Positions 1-10,018 of a stretch of 32,764 nucleotides of DNA are shown one piece after another. Numbering within the stretch: the stretch's first letter is position 1; every line of letters starts with the position of its first letter. Source of the DNA: Anaerolineales bacterium (GTDB lineage Bacteria; Chloroflexota; Anaerolineae; Anaerolineales; Villigracilaceae); NCBI GenBank assembly GCA_035250835.1, contig DATFET010000271.1:1-32764 (forward strand). The letters run 5' to 3'. Under the pieces are notes generated by a model. It had not been told where the DNA came from. It saw only the letters and a program-made list of their open reading frames with translations, and did not search any database. The position numbers and the translations under genes were made by a program.

Positions 1-12
1 CTACAATAATCT

Positions 13-2037
13 ATGTCCCTCATCACTGTAAGTTCTCTCTCCAAATCTTTCGGCGCGGAGGACCTATTCGCCGGGGTCACCTTTTCGGTGGCGAAAGGCG
101 CGCGGCTCGCGCTGGTCGGTCCTAACGGCATCGGCAAGACGACCCTGTTTCGCATCCTGATCGGGCAGGAGGAACCCTCTGGGGGGACCATCACGCGCGC
201 CAAAAATCTGCGCATCGGCTATCTTTCACAGGAAGCGGATTTTGAATTGCAGGGCGTGTTGTGGGATGTGTGCCTCGAGCCGTTCGCGGACCTCATCCGC
301 ATGCAGGGAGAGCTGGAGCGACTCGAAAGTGAAATGTCCGACCCGCTGAAACGGGAGCAGGCCCTGGTCCGCTATGGAACCGTGCAGCATGATTTCGAGC
401 GGCGCGGCGGATACGTCTATCAGGTCCGCATCAAGCAGGTGCTCAGCGGCCTCGGATTCGATCCGTCTGAATTCCACATGTCGCTCGATCACCTTTCCGG
501 CGGACAGCGTACGCGCGCTCATCTGGCGCGCCTGCTGTTGTCGAATCCCGATCTGCTGCTGCTCGATGAGCCAACCAATCATCTCGATATCAAAGCGGTC
601 GAATGGCTGGAAGGATATCTGACGCAGTGGGAAGGCGCAGCGATCATCGTCTCGCATGACCGCTATTTTTTGGATCATGCCTGCAATGCCCTGCTCGAGA
701 TGGCGATCAGCGGTGCAGAATATTATCGCGGCAATTACAGCACCTATCTGCAGGAGCGTGAGATCCGCTGGAGCCATCGCTACGAAATTTTTGAAAGCGA
801 GAAGGAAAAGCTTTTCAAGGAATTCGAGTACATCAGGAAAAATATCTCCGGGCAGAACACACTTCAGGCAAAGGGAAAACTCAAACGATTGACGCGTGTC
901 GTGCAAGCCATCGAACAGGTCGGCATGGAAACGGTGGTCAATTCGAACTGGTCGCAGCTGGATGTAGAGACGACGACCAGTCCCTTCAGCGTAGAGGAAG
1001 CTGAACGCCGCGTGCGTGCGCTGCGACCGCCTCAACGCGTCACACCCGACCTGCACCTGCATCTGCGTTCGACGCTTCGCTCTGGCGACCTGGTCATCCG
1101 CACAAAAAACCTGAAGGTGGGTTATCCGCCCGAAGACGGTATGCCGGAAAAATTCCTGTTCTCCGCGCCCGATATCGAACTGCGCCGCCTGGACTGCGCG
1201 GCATTGATCGGACCGAACGGCGCTGGCAAGTCAACATTCCTGAAAACGATTCTGGGTCAGCTCGAACCGCTGGCTGGAGAAGTGACTCTCGGCGCGAGCC
1301 TGCAAATTGGATATTTCGCCCAGGCACACGAAGGGCTTGATCCAGAGAAAACAATGCTGGATGAAATCCTGAATGCGTCGCCTGGCATGCTGCCGTATCA
1401 GGGGCGCGAGTATCTCGGAAAATATTTGTTCTCTGGCGACGATGTGTTCAAACTCGTATCCATGCTCTCGGGTGGTGAACGCGGACGTCTGGCATTGGCA
1501 AAACTCGCCCGGGAAGATACAAACTTTCTGCTGCTCGATGAACCGACCAATCATTTGGACATTCCCTCGCAGGAAGTCCTGCAATCTGTTCTGGACTCGT
1601 ACCAGGGAACGATTTTGCTCGTCACCCACGACCGTTATCTTGTCGACGCGCTGGCAACCCAGATCTGGGAGATCAATCCTGATGAATCCGAGATGACCAC
1701 CTTCAACGGTACATATTCCCAGATGAAGGAAGAAAAAGAGAAAGAGGCAGCGCGCCTTTCTGCACAGCAGACAGAGAAGATCGATAACCGAAACGCAAAT
1801 ATCGAGGCTCGAAAAGCAAAGAGCAGGGAAACGAAAGAAGAAAGAAGAAGAGTTGCTCAATTGCAGGAGCTTGAAAACAAGATCGCCGAACTTGAGGCAA
1901 CGCTCTCGAACCTGGGCGCGCAGTTGGAGAGTCCATTTGTAAAGCCGGACGAGGTCCGCAAGATTGGCGCAGAATATGAGCGTGTGCAAAGAGAGATGGA
2001 TGAAAAGCTGGATGAGTGGGAGAGGATGCAACTGTAA
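13..2037 (+). CDS. ABC-F family ribosome-associated ATPase (Uup/YheS/YdiF-like) with C-terminal coiled coil
   Basis: Two ABC cassettes (GPNGIGKTT/LSGGQ/LLLDEPTNH and GPNGAGKST/LSGGE/LLLDEPTNH), GNYS linker motif, no TM helices, helical C-terminal tail. Confidence 0.95.
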   Translation: MSLITVSSLSKSFGAEDLFAGVTFSVAKGARLALVGPNGIGKTTLFRILIGQEEPSGGTITRAKNLRIGYLSQEADFELQGVLWDVCLEPFADLIRMQGELERLESEMSDPLKREQALVRYGTVQHDFERRGGYVYQVRIKQVLSGLGFDPSEFHMSLDHLSGGQRTRAHLARLLLSNPDLLLLDEPTNHLDIKAVEWLEGYLTQWEGAAIIVSHDRYFLDHACNALLEMAISGAEYYRGNYSTYLQEREIRWSHRYEIFESEKEKLFKEFEYIRKNISGQNTLQAKGKLKRLTRVVQAIEQVGMETVVNSNWSQLDVETTTSPFSVEEAERRVRALRPPQRVTPDLHLHLRSTLRSGDLVIRTKNLKVGYPPEDGMPEKFLFSAPDIELRRLDCAALIGPNGAGKSTFLKTILGQLEPLAGEVTLGASLQIGYFAQAHEGLDPEKTMLDEILNASPGMLPYQGREYLGKYLFSGDDVFKLVSMLSGGERGRLALAKLAREDTNFLLLDEPTNHLDIPSQEVLQSVLDSYQGTILLVTHDRYLVDALATQIWEINPDESEMTTFNGTYSQMKEEKEKEAARLSAQQTEKIDNRNANIEARKAKSRETKEERRRVAQLQELENKIAELEATLSNLGAQLESPFVKPDEVRKIGAEYERVQREMDEKLDEWERMQL

Positions 2038-2043
2038 GTATAG

Positions 2044-3498
2044 ATGAAAAAATGGATCTACCTGCTTGCAGCCTCGATCGCTCTCGAAGCTGTCAGCGCC
2101 GCGTTCTACCTGAATAGCTCCCATCAAGCAGGTTTTCCGCTCGACGACGCCTGGATCCATCAGACGTACGCGCGCAATCTGGGTCTGCATGGACTTATGG
2201 CCTTTTCGCCCGGCATTCCATCCACCGGCAGCACATCCGCAGGCTGGACTGCCCTGCTTGCCGCCGGTTATTTCCTGAATATCCCTTTCCATTCATGGGC
2301 TAATCTATGGGGATGTATCTTTGCCGTTGCTAGCGCGTTCACTGCCGCGCACCTCAGCTTCAGCTATTTTGGAAGTTTCAGAAATTCCGCGATCGTTGCA
2401 GTCTTGTGCATTTTTGAATGGCATCTTGCCTGGTCGGCTGTATCCGGCATGGAGAGCAGCTTCTTTATTTTTCTCTCCCTCCTTTTCCTGCTCCTGCTTT
2501 ATCGCAATTCCCCACCGTACCTGATGGGACTGGTGGCAGGCCTGGCATTTCTGGTCCGGCCTGAGGCGTTTATTCTCATTGCCATCTACGGTGTAAAAAT
2601 CCTCGTCGAGAATCGCAGAAATCTTTCAAGACTTCTTACCACTTCTGCTATTTTTCTTGGTGTTCTTCTGATCATCGTCAGCCCGTGGATGATCTTCAAC
2701 TACAGCCTGAACGGACGGCCCTTCCCCTCCACGATTTCCTCGAAGTTCATGCAGTATGGATATCCATTTTCAATTTGGAAGTCCGTGGGATACATCTGGA
2801 ATGTGTTTCTCTATTTCTGGAATGGACCGTTGATGCTACTGGTTCCATGTGCGGGATTCGCCATCTACACCACGATCCGTCACAAGAGGACGGCTCTCTA
2901 CTACGCCTTTGCCTGGTCACTGTCCCTCATCCTCATCTACGCTGTCGCCATCCCTGCCATCTACCATCATGGAAGATATCTTATGCCTTTGATACCCCTT
3001 CTTGCAATCTTGGGGGTAGAAGGGCTGACCATGCTTTTTGAAAAGTTTCAGCTTAGCCAGCGTTTGCGAACCGCAGTGTGGCTGGTCGTCGGCGGAATGA
3101 CCATTGTTTTATGGTTCAACGGCGCGTCCACTTATGCGTTACAGGTCAAGCTGTTGAACGCCAATCATGCACAGGTCGCCCGCTGGGTGGATGATAACAC
3201 TCCCAAGGATGCCATCATCGCCACTCATGATATTGGTCTCGTGGGTTACATTACCCAGCGGCAGCTCGTCGACCTGGCCGGGCTGGTCACGCCCAAAGTG
3301 ATCCCGATCATGAATGATCATGCGAAGCTGGCGGATTTTGTCCGCGGACAGGATGTTACGTATGTGATCGTGTTCACCGGCTATTACAAGGACTTTCTGG
3401 AAAGGTTGAACGCTCAGACAGTATATTCACCAGGCGGGTATGATCTGAATGCTCTCGGCCTGGAGCCGTTCGAAGTTTTTCAGATTCCCAACCCTTGA
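2044..3498 (+). CDS. Multi-pass membrane glycosyltransferase, GT-C superfamily (PMT/ArnT/Aft-like); substrate unknown
   Basis: About 10-12 hydrophobic segments; acidic LDDAWIH in the first loop, then SGMES, RPE, GRY, HDIG and DLAGLVTP motifs typical of lipid-linked sugar transferases. Confidence 0.7.
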   Translation: MKKWIYLLAASIALEAVSAAFYLNSSHQAGFPLDDAWIHQTYARNLGLHGLMAFSPGIPSTGSTSAGWTALLAAGYFLNIPFHSWANLWGCIFAVASAFTAAHLSFSYFGSFRNSAIVAVLCIFEWHLAWSAVSGMESSFFIFLSLLFLLLLYRNSPPYLMGLVAGLAFLVRPEAFILIAIYGVKILVENRRNLSRLLTTSAIFLGVLLIIVSPWMIFNYSLNGRPFPSTISSKFMQYGYPFSIWKSVGYIWNVFLYFWNGPLMLLVPCAGFAIYTTIRHKRTALYYAFAWSLSLILIYAVAIPAIYHHGRYLMPLIPLLAILGVEGLTMLFEKFQLSQRLRTAVWLVVGGMTIVLWFNGASTYALQVKLLNANHAQVARWVDDNTPKDAIIATHDIGLVGYITQRQLVDLAGLVTPKVIPIMNDHAKLADFVRGQDVTYVIVFTGYYKDFLERLNAQTVYSPGGYDLNALGLEPFEVFQIPNP

Positions 3499-3512
3499 AT
3501 TACAGGATGAAT

Positions 3513-3552
3513 AATCAAAATAGCGACTCAATTGCGAGTCGCTATTTTGATT
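3513..3552. terminator. Bidirectional intrinsic terminator between convergent genes
   Basis: Perfect 17-bp inverted repeat AATCAAAATAGCGACTC-N6-GAGTCGCTATTTTGATT with A/T-rich outer arms. Confidence 0.85.
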
Positions 3553-3571
3553 CGAAGTTAGATTCTATGGA

Positions 3572-6500
3572 TCAGTTCCCACAAGGGGCGACATTGCGCC
3601 AGTTTGGCACATCATCATTCACAGCCTGTGTGCCGTTGGATCCATAGCTGAGAGTCAACTGACGGTTGGGGATCTCAGCGCAGACGCCATCCTTCTCGAC
3701 GTAATCCCAACTGCCTAATGCGTACTTGTACTCGATCTGCGTCCCTTCTTTGCCGGTCAGAGTGATCGTCCAGTGGGTCGCATCTACCCGGGTCAGGACG
3801 ACACCGCCCGGATCCCATTGCGGTAGACCACCATCCAGCCGGTCGAGGAAGCCGGCAATGTAGACCGAGCGTCCGGTCCCGTCAGTTGTTGCCGGTACTG
3901 TCACCGTGAAGACCAGTGTTACCGTGCGCAGCTCGGCTTCCGCGCTAACCTGATTGGAATTGCCCGAGCGGTTGAAGGAAGTATCCACGGCTAGCACGAC
4001 ATAGTAATAGGTTACATTCTCAAACACAGACGTATCTGTATAGCTTGTGCCAGTGACCAGGGCGACTTTGGTATAAGGTCCACCGTTCGATTCGCTGCGT
4101 AGAACTTCATAGCCGTGCAATGTCGGGTCGCCTGTGACCGCATCCCATGCAAGCTGGATGCCGGCCGGCGAAGCGGAAACCACATTCAGTCCCGTCGGTG
4201 CTGCGGGCGCGGTGGAGTCGCCGCTGGAGTTGACTGTCAGGCTGCCAGCCTGGGCTGTGCTATATCCATTCCCAATGCCATCCAGGTCTGCATAGACCCA
4301 GTCCCTGCCATGGGTCGTTGAGTAACGATAGGCATAGTCGAATGTGCCCGTCACTTCCGGCAACAGGCCTGCCTTGAACTCATCGTTATTGCCTGCATCT
4401 ACATTGAAGGATGCATCCACCCAGGTCCAGCTCTGGTTGTTTTCGGGGTTACTTCCATCCGGTCCAAAGCCTAACTGTGCGAGCAATCCGGGTGTTGCAC
4501 CAGCCTGATTGGTCACGCCATCGATCCAGACCTGACCATAGACATCATCCGTGCGATCCACTGTGCTGATCGTATGTGTCATGCTGGGCGGCCATTGCAG
4601 GTTTGCCCAGCCGATCATGTAATGAGGCACGGCATTTACTTCATTTGAATATGCACTCTCGTTTCCAGCAGCATCAAGGGCAGTTACCACATAGTAGTAT
4701 GTTCGTGCATTGCTCAAACCGGTATCCGTGAAATTGGTGCTTCCCAATGGAGTGGTATTGACTTTAACATAACCGCCGCCGGTCAATGGGCTTCGATACA
4801 CGGTATAGGCTGCTGCTCCGGATACCGCGTTCCATGCCAGGCTTACTTCAGCATTGCCTTCATTGGTGACGTTTAAATTGGAGGGAGCAGCGCTGGGCTG
4901 CAAGTCAACATTGCCGCTGAGGAAGACAACAGCGCTCATCGGTCCAATCGAGCCGTTGATCACACCATTCACAACATTGACAGAACTCTGACTCCCGCTG
5001 CCTACTGCATACTCCCGGTTCAGGGTCAGGTTATTCGGCAGGTAGCCCGCTACAGGAATGACGCCGGACTGAGCTGAGCTGCTGCGGTTAATAATGATCA
5101 CAGCAGCCTGGTTGTTTGTCTTGCGTCCGTATGCCACAACACCTGAGTCATCATCAGCCAGCAAAATTTTGAAATCGCCATTGACCAGAACACCGTTCGC
5201 ACTACGGAGCGTGGCAAGGGCCTTGTAGTGGTCGAACATCGCCTGGTCAGGCGAACCGCCAAGGTCCGCCCATGGATACGTGCGGCGGTCATCCGGGTCA
5301 TCATCACCTGTCATGCCCACTTCGTCGCCGTAGAACACGGTCGGCGCGCCGGGCACTGTGAACTGGATCACGGATGCAATTTGCTGACGCAGCTTGCCTT
5401 CGGCAACATTCGCCGCATTGAGCTCCTTGTTGGCCGTGGTTTCTTCACCGGGCGTCAGCGTCCAGCGCAGGCGCTCTGTATCATGGCTGTCGAGCAGATT
5501 CATCAGGGAGTAATACGCTGCATCCGGGTAATCTTCACGGATCGATTCCATGCGGGCTGCAAATTCAGAAGGCAGGATAATGCGCCCGCTGTCGGCAAAG
5601 CCCTTGGAGTCAAAACCCTGCGGTGCAAGCAGCCCGATCACCGCATCGCGCAGACGGTAGTTCATGGTGGTGTCCAGCCGGTCGCCGCGTAACATGCGGA
5701 GAAGAGTGCTGTCCTTCTGCCAGGTCTCGCTGATCAGAAGAGCATTTGGATTGGATCCTTTCGTGATGGCACGGAACGTCTCCCAATATCCATTCGGGAA
5801 ACTGGGATCCCCGGAAACGTCCATGCGCCAGCCGGAGGCGCCCTGGTTCAGCCAATAACGGGAAACACTGTTGTTGCCGGTCAGGAAGTATAGCTGCACG
5901 GCCGGCAGGGATTTATTGATGACCGGGATGCTGTCAAAACCGAACCAGCCATCATAAGTAGCCGCATTCGCTACACCAGTGCTGCTGACACACGTCCCTG
6001 TGCCCGGTGTCACATCATGGAAATAGAACCATGAACGGTAAGGAGAGCTCGCCGATTCACAGGCGCCATTTGTTGCGTAGTGGTGATAGCGGTCGAAAAT
6101 CGGGCTGTCGGAGGACATGTGATTGAACACACCATCCAGAACAATCTTCATGCCGCGTTGATTCGCGTGTTTGACCAGGTTCTCCCAATCCTTTTGTGTG
6201 CCAAAGTAGGGATCGATCTTGTAATAATCCTGGGTATCGTAGGAATGGTTGGAGCCGGCATCGAAGATCGGATTGAAGTAGATCGTATTTACACCCAGGG
6301 ACTGCAGGTAAGCCAGATACTGGTCCACACCTTTGAGATCGCCGCCGAAGTAATCGCGTCCGCGCGGACCTTCCTTGGTGGGACTCCAGTCGGGTGGGGT
6401 CGTATCAAATCGCCAGGGACAGTTGGTCGCGCCATCCGAATAGTTTCGGCAATAACCCTCAGGGAGCGTACCCCATGGAAGTTTCAGCACCGGGTCGTCA

Positions 6501-7774
6501 TAGCGGATGTCACCGGTCTTTGGATTGTTGTCACTGCGGCCATCGCGGAAGCGGTCCGGGAAGATCTGATAGATCACCGCGCTCTTTGCCCAGGACGGGG
6601 ATGTGAAGTTAGGTTCATAGACCATGAGCGCAAAGCTGTGGTCCTCCTGATCGTCCGTTGTCGCACCCAGCCCACCGTCGAGAGCGGCAGTGTTGTCGTC
6701 GTAATAGTCGGTGTCCGTGCCGTCTGTGACAATGAACCGATACCACAGGTTATTTGCCTGTGTGTTCGGCAGCGTTGCCGTCCAATAATCGCAGGCGGAA
6801 GCTTCGAGGCCGGCTTGATAGCAGGATACATCCGTCGCGGCAGGTGACATCTGGATAATTTGCTGGCTGTTGGAGTTGGCGTCAAACACGCGCAGGCTGA
6901 CACTGGTTACATCGTTATGAAAGGTCCGGAAACGGATCGTCACCGCTGTACCGGTTTTCACTGCACCACCCGGCGTACGATAGAGAAGGTCGCGCGAGTC
7001 GTGACGCAATCCATTCCATTCGACGTTGTTATCGGGTTGGGGACCGGAGCTCACTACATTAATGGTTAAAACATGGGTTGTTGCATCGTAGCTAAAGGTT
7101 ACGTTGTCGTCCGGGGCATTGACCGTGAAGGGAATGTTGGCTCCATCCTGCACCCCGCCTGCTCCATAGTTCACATCCCAGCTTTCGTTGAGTGCCACCT
7201 TGCTTTCGTAATTGCCTGCTGGCAGGGTGGTCTCGAATGTGTAGATACCATCACCGTCTGTATCCTGCAGCCACGAGCGCAGACAATCCGGCGCCCAATC
7301 GCCAGAACAACCGAGCTCTGACTGAAAGCTGCCCGGCGCAACTGCAATGACCGAATTCTGATTATCGGTGATCCAATGTGACTTATGATCATAGTAAAAC
7401 TTGACCGAGGTATCCGCGCCCAAATTCAACGGGATATTGGCGCCCCCAGCTACGGCATTCAAACCATAGTTTTCATCCCAACTGTCATTGAGCGGGGCTT
7501 TGTATTCCCAGTTGCCGGCTGGCACTGAAAATGTCCTCTGCCACACGTCATCATTTGCATCATGGGCAAGATGAGTACTGGCGCAATCCGACTGCCAGTC
7601 ACCGGGACAGCCCAGTTCACTCTGCAGCGAACCGGCGACGGTAACGCTGGAGGGATTCGCCGTGTGATCAGCCCGGGCGGTTTCAGTCGTTCCCAGGGCT
7701 GCAAATGAACTTGCCAGCATTGCCAGGATCAGGAAACCATTCGAAATCATGTTTTGACGATTTTTTAGTTTCAT
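3572..7774 (-). CDS. Secreted multidomain amylopullulanase / alpha-amylase (GH13)
   Basis: Signal peptide ending ARA; two repeated X25-like modules (GSLQSELGCPGDW, GSFQSELGCSGDW); GH13 regions DGVFNH, GWRMDV, SETW, LDSHD; two Fn3 repeats (YYYVVTA, YYYVVLA); C-terminal CBM20-like module (IEYKY). Confidence 0.92.
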   Translation of the reverse strand: MKLKNRQNMISNGFLILAMLASSFAALGTTETARADHTANPSSVTVAGSLQSELGCPGDWQSDCASTHLAHDANDDVWQRTFSVPAGNWEYKAPLNDSWDENYGLNAVAGGANIPLNLGADTSVKFYYDHKSHWITDNQNSVIAVAPGSFQSELGCSGDWAPDCLRSWLQDTDGDGIYTFETTLPAGNYESKVALNESWDVNYGAGGVQDGANIPFTVNAPDDNVTFSYDATTHVLTINVVSSGPQPDNNVEWNGLRHDSRDLLYRTPGGAVKTGTAVTIRFRTFHNDVTSVSLRVFDANSNSQQIIQMSPAATDVSCYQAGLEASACDYWTATLPNTQANNLWYRFIVTDGTDTDYYDDNTAALDGGLGATTDDQEDHSFALMVYEPNFTSPSWAKSAVIYQIFPDRFRDGRSDNNPKTGDIRYDDPVLKLPWGTLPEGYCRNYSDGATNCPWRFDTTPPDWSPTKEGPRGRDYFGGDLKGVDQYLAYLQSLGVNTIYFNPIFDAGSNHSYDTQDYYKIDPYFGTQKDWENLVKHANQRGMKIVLDGVFNHMSSDSPIFDRYHHYATNGACESASSPYRSWFYFHDVTPGTGTCVSSTGVANAATYDGWFGFDSIPVINKSLPAVQLYFLTGNNSVSRYWLNQGASGWRMDVSGDPSFPNGYWETFRAITKGSNPNALLISETWQKDSTLLRMLRGDRLDTTMNYRLRDAVIGLLAPQGFDSKGFADSGRIILPSEFAARMESIREDYPDAAYYSLMNLLDSHDTERLRWTLTPGEETTANKELNAANVAEGKLRQQIASVIQFTVPGAPTVFYGDEVGMTGDDDPDDRRTYPWADLGGSPDQAMFDHYKALATLRSANGVLVNGDFKILLADDDSGVVAYGRKTNNQAAVIIINRSSSAQSGVIPVAGYLPNNLTLNREYAVGSGSQSSVNVVNGVINGSIGPMSAVVFLSGNVDLQPSAAPSNLNVTNEGNAEVSLAWNAVSGAAAYTVYRSPLTGGGYVKVNTTPLGSTNFTDTGLSNARTYYYVVTALDAAGNESAYSNEVNAVPHYMIGWANLQWPPSMTHTISTVDRTDDVYGQVWIDGVTNQAGATPGLLAQLGFGPDGSNPENNQSWTWVDASFNVDAGNNDEFKAGLLPEVTGTFDYAYRYSTTHGRDWVYADLDGIGNGYSTAQAGSLTVNSSGDSTAPAAPTGLNVVSASPAGIQLAWDAVTGDPTLHGYEVLRSESNGGPYTKVALVTGTSYTDTSVFENVTYYYVVLAVDTSFNRSGNSNQVSAEAELRTVTLVFTVTVPATTDGTGRSVYIAGFLDRLDGGLPQWDPGGVVLTRVDATHWTITLTGKEGTQIEYKYALGSWDYVEKDGVCAEIPNRQLTLSYGSNGTQAVNDDVPNWRNVAPCGN

Positions 7775-7935
7775 GGCTCAACTCCTCAATTGAGATGAAA
7801 AGGAAAAAATTAAACAAAAACCATCGTCTATGCGCGATGATTTTCCAAAGTAATCTTCAATCTCTGTGGTGCTTGAATCTGTCCATGCATCATATTCGAG
7901 AGTTATCAATAAGTCGGATACGTGACACATTAAGT

Positions 7936-7964
7936 ATCCTAGCATAAACAACAACTCAAGTCAA
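7936..7964 (-). promoter_or_regulatory. Candidate sigma70 promoter of the amylopullulanase gene
   Basis: Minus strand TTGACT-17 nt-TAGGAT with TG extended -10. Confidence 0.45.
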
Positions 7965-7997
7965 TTTTCGGGAGGTGGTTTGTAACCTTTTATTAGA

Positions 7998-8681
7998 TTA
8001 CAGCGAATAGCTCTCTCCAGGCTTAAGCAGGACAACCTGGGTGTTTATCTCATCCTGTACGCGCTTTGCCCAGGCGTTCTCATCCTGTTTGAGCAGGTCA
8101 AAAGTATTGTAATGGATAGGAATGACCGCTTTGGGCTCCAGGAATTTGACAGCTCGCAGCGCGTCGTCCGGTCCCATGGTGTAGTTGTCCCCAATGGGGA
8201 TGAATGCCAAATCCAGCCCCTCTTCGCCGATCAGCTTCATGTCACCGAACAGGCCCGTATCCTGAGCCATGTAGATCTTCTCTCCATCGTTCGTGGTGAG
8301 CAGGAACCCGCAGGGATTGCCTCCGTTCGAACCATCCGGGAGCGCTGAGCCGTGCAGCGCCAGGGTCAATTTAAGATAACCAAACGGATGTTTGAATCCG
8401 CCGCCGATGTGCTGACCGTGAGATTTAATACCCTGGTTCTCAAACCAGACGGCAATCTCGTTGACGCTGATCACCGTTGCGCCCGTCCGTTTGGCTATGG
8501 CAATGCTGTCGCCCACGTGGTCACCGTGTCCATGGCTAATGAGGATGTAGTCCGCCTCAATAGCCTCGGGGGAGATCGAAGCGGCGGGATTCCCATTCAG
8601 GAAGGGATCGACGACAATTTTATATCCGCCCGTTTCGAGACCCAGAGCAGCGTGTCCATACCAGGTGATTTTCGTAGGCAT
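7998..8681 (-). CDS. Metallo-beta-lactamase-fold metal-dependent hydrolase (UPF0173-like)
   Basis: WYGHA, VDPF, SHGHGDH metal motif, PIGDNYTMG, PIHY; AAGGAG RBS. Confidence 0.9.
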   Translation of the reverse strand: MPTKITWYGHAALGLETGGYKIVVDPFLNGNPAASISPEAIEADYILISHGHGDHVGDSIAIAKRTGATVISVNEIAVWFENQGIKSHGQHIGGGFKHPFGYLKLTLALHGSALPDGSNGGNPCGFLLTTNDGEKIYMAQDTGLFGDMKLIGEEGLDLAFIPIGDNYTMGPDDALRAVKFLEPKAVIPIHYNTFDLLKQDENAWAKRVQDEINTQVVLLKPGESYSL

Positions 8682-8773
8682 AGTAATCTCCTTATGATGA
8701 ATTCCTGCGATGGCTGTTTGCTTTAAGTATAGGCAGAATCGTCACAATATTCAACTTTTGGATGGGTTTCCGT

Positions 8774-10018
8774 TCAGCGGTCGAAGATGGAAATACTTTC
8801 AATATGGAACGTCTGCGGGAACAGGTCGAAAGGCCTGACATCCTTCAGGCGATATCCCCCCTGGATGAACCTGGCCGCATCCCGCGCCAGTGTGGATGGA
8901 TCGCACGAGACATACGCGATCATCTGAGGCGTCAACTTTAGGATTCCATCCACGACCCGCTTTTCCAACCCGGCACGCGGCGGATCGACCAGCACGATAT
9001 CCGCGTCCAGACCGAGGTGCGGGACCACGTCCTCAGCCAACCCCTCATACAACTCCACATTTTCGAATTCATCCAGGTTGGTTGCGAAATCTTCACAGGC
9101 AGACGGCGACGATTCGATCCCGATGACGCGCTCACAATTTGGTGCCAGGAAAGCGCTGAACAACCCCACGCCGCAATATATGTCTACCAAAACCGTAGAC
9201 GAGGAAACCGGCAAACTCGTAATCAGGTGCTCGACCATTTTCTCTGCCATGGCAGTATTGACCTGAAAAAAGGACGCGGCAGAAACTTTGAATTGGCGAT
9301 CCAGTACACGGATGACCACATGATCATTCCCTGCAATGACAACCGAATTCTCCTCATAGACATGGGCGACCGAAATCCCTGCCTCGATCTCGAGCTCGGG
9401 CGGTTCGGGAGAATCAGAGTCGAGAACGAGCATCAATTCCTTATCCGCGCCCGAGCGCAGGGAGACCCGCTCAAGGCTCAACTCAGGCTCGAATTCAAGT
9501 TGAGGCCACAGGGAGTTGATCGATCCTTCTGGAAGATGACATTCCGAGAGGGGAAACACCTTTGAGATACCTACGGTCATATAGCCCAGTTTGCCCTCAT
9601 CGGTCAGATGGAACTGTACGTGATTGCGGTAATTCCACGGGCTGGGGCTCGCCACCATTTCTCGGACAGGCGGATTTTCGATCCTGCCGATACGGGTCAA
9701 TTGATCGCGCAGGATTTCTGTCTTTGCTTTCAATTGCTCTTCATAAGATAAGTTCTGGTGGTGGCATCCCCCACAGACACCGAAATGGATGCAGCGCGGC
9801 GCGACCCGCTGCGGTGATGCCTCCAGGACCTCCAGCAGCTCGGCGCGTGCAAAACCGCGCTTTTCCTCCGTCAGGCGAACACGGACGCGCTCACCGGGCA
9901 GCCCAAACGGGACGAAGACCGCCCGGCCATCGTCTAATCGTCCCATCGCGTCACCACCATACGCGAACTTCTCAAGAGAAATGATCAATGAACTTTGTAA
10001 ATCAGCGCTGGAGGACAT
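8774..10018 (-). CDS. rlmD: 23S rRNA m5U methyltransferase, RlmD/TrmA family, with TRAM domain
   Basis: N-terminal TRAM, Fe-S motif CIHFGVCGGC, FFQVN, DIYCGVG, DPPRAG, catalytic YVSCDP and DLFPQT. Confidence 0.88.
   Translation of the reverse strand: MSSSADLQSSLIISLEKFAYGGDAMGRLDDGRAVFVPFGLPGERVRVRLTEEKRGFARAELLEVLEASPQRVAPRCIHFGVCGGCHHQNLSYEEQLKAKTEILRDQLTRIGRIENPPVREMVASPSPWNYRNHVQFHLTDEGKLGYMTVGISKVFPLSECHLPEGSINSLWPQLEFEPELSLERVSLRSGADKELMLVLDSDSPEPPELEIEAGISVAHVYEENSVVIAGNDHVVIRVLDRQFKVSAASFFQVNTAMAEKMVEHLITSLPVSSSTVLVDIYCGVGLFSAFLAPNCERVIGIESSPSACEDFATNLDEFENVELYEGLAEDVVPHLGLDADIVLVDPPRAGLEKRVVDGILKLTPQMIAYVSCDPSTLARDAARFIQGGYRLKDVRPFDLFPQTFHIESISIFDR

Noticed and set aside
13-2037. 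Antibiotic-resistance ABC-F
   Set aside because: The insertion is not at the PtIM tip and there is no resistance or mobile context; it cannot be supported without HMM classification.
226-2292. Long antisense ORFs (226..1062, 1231..2292; likewise 14632..15519, 25606..26454, 31337..31972)
   Set aside because: Shadows of GC-rich real genes on the opposite strand; no motifs or RBS.
7998-8681. Beta-lactamase
   Set aside because: MBL fold only; no signal peptide; motifs fit the UPF0173 housekeeping family.
9195-9230. Possible octamer periodicity in rlmD (LITSLPVSSST)
   Set aside because: Too degenerate to distinguish from chance by eye.
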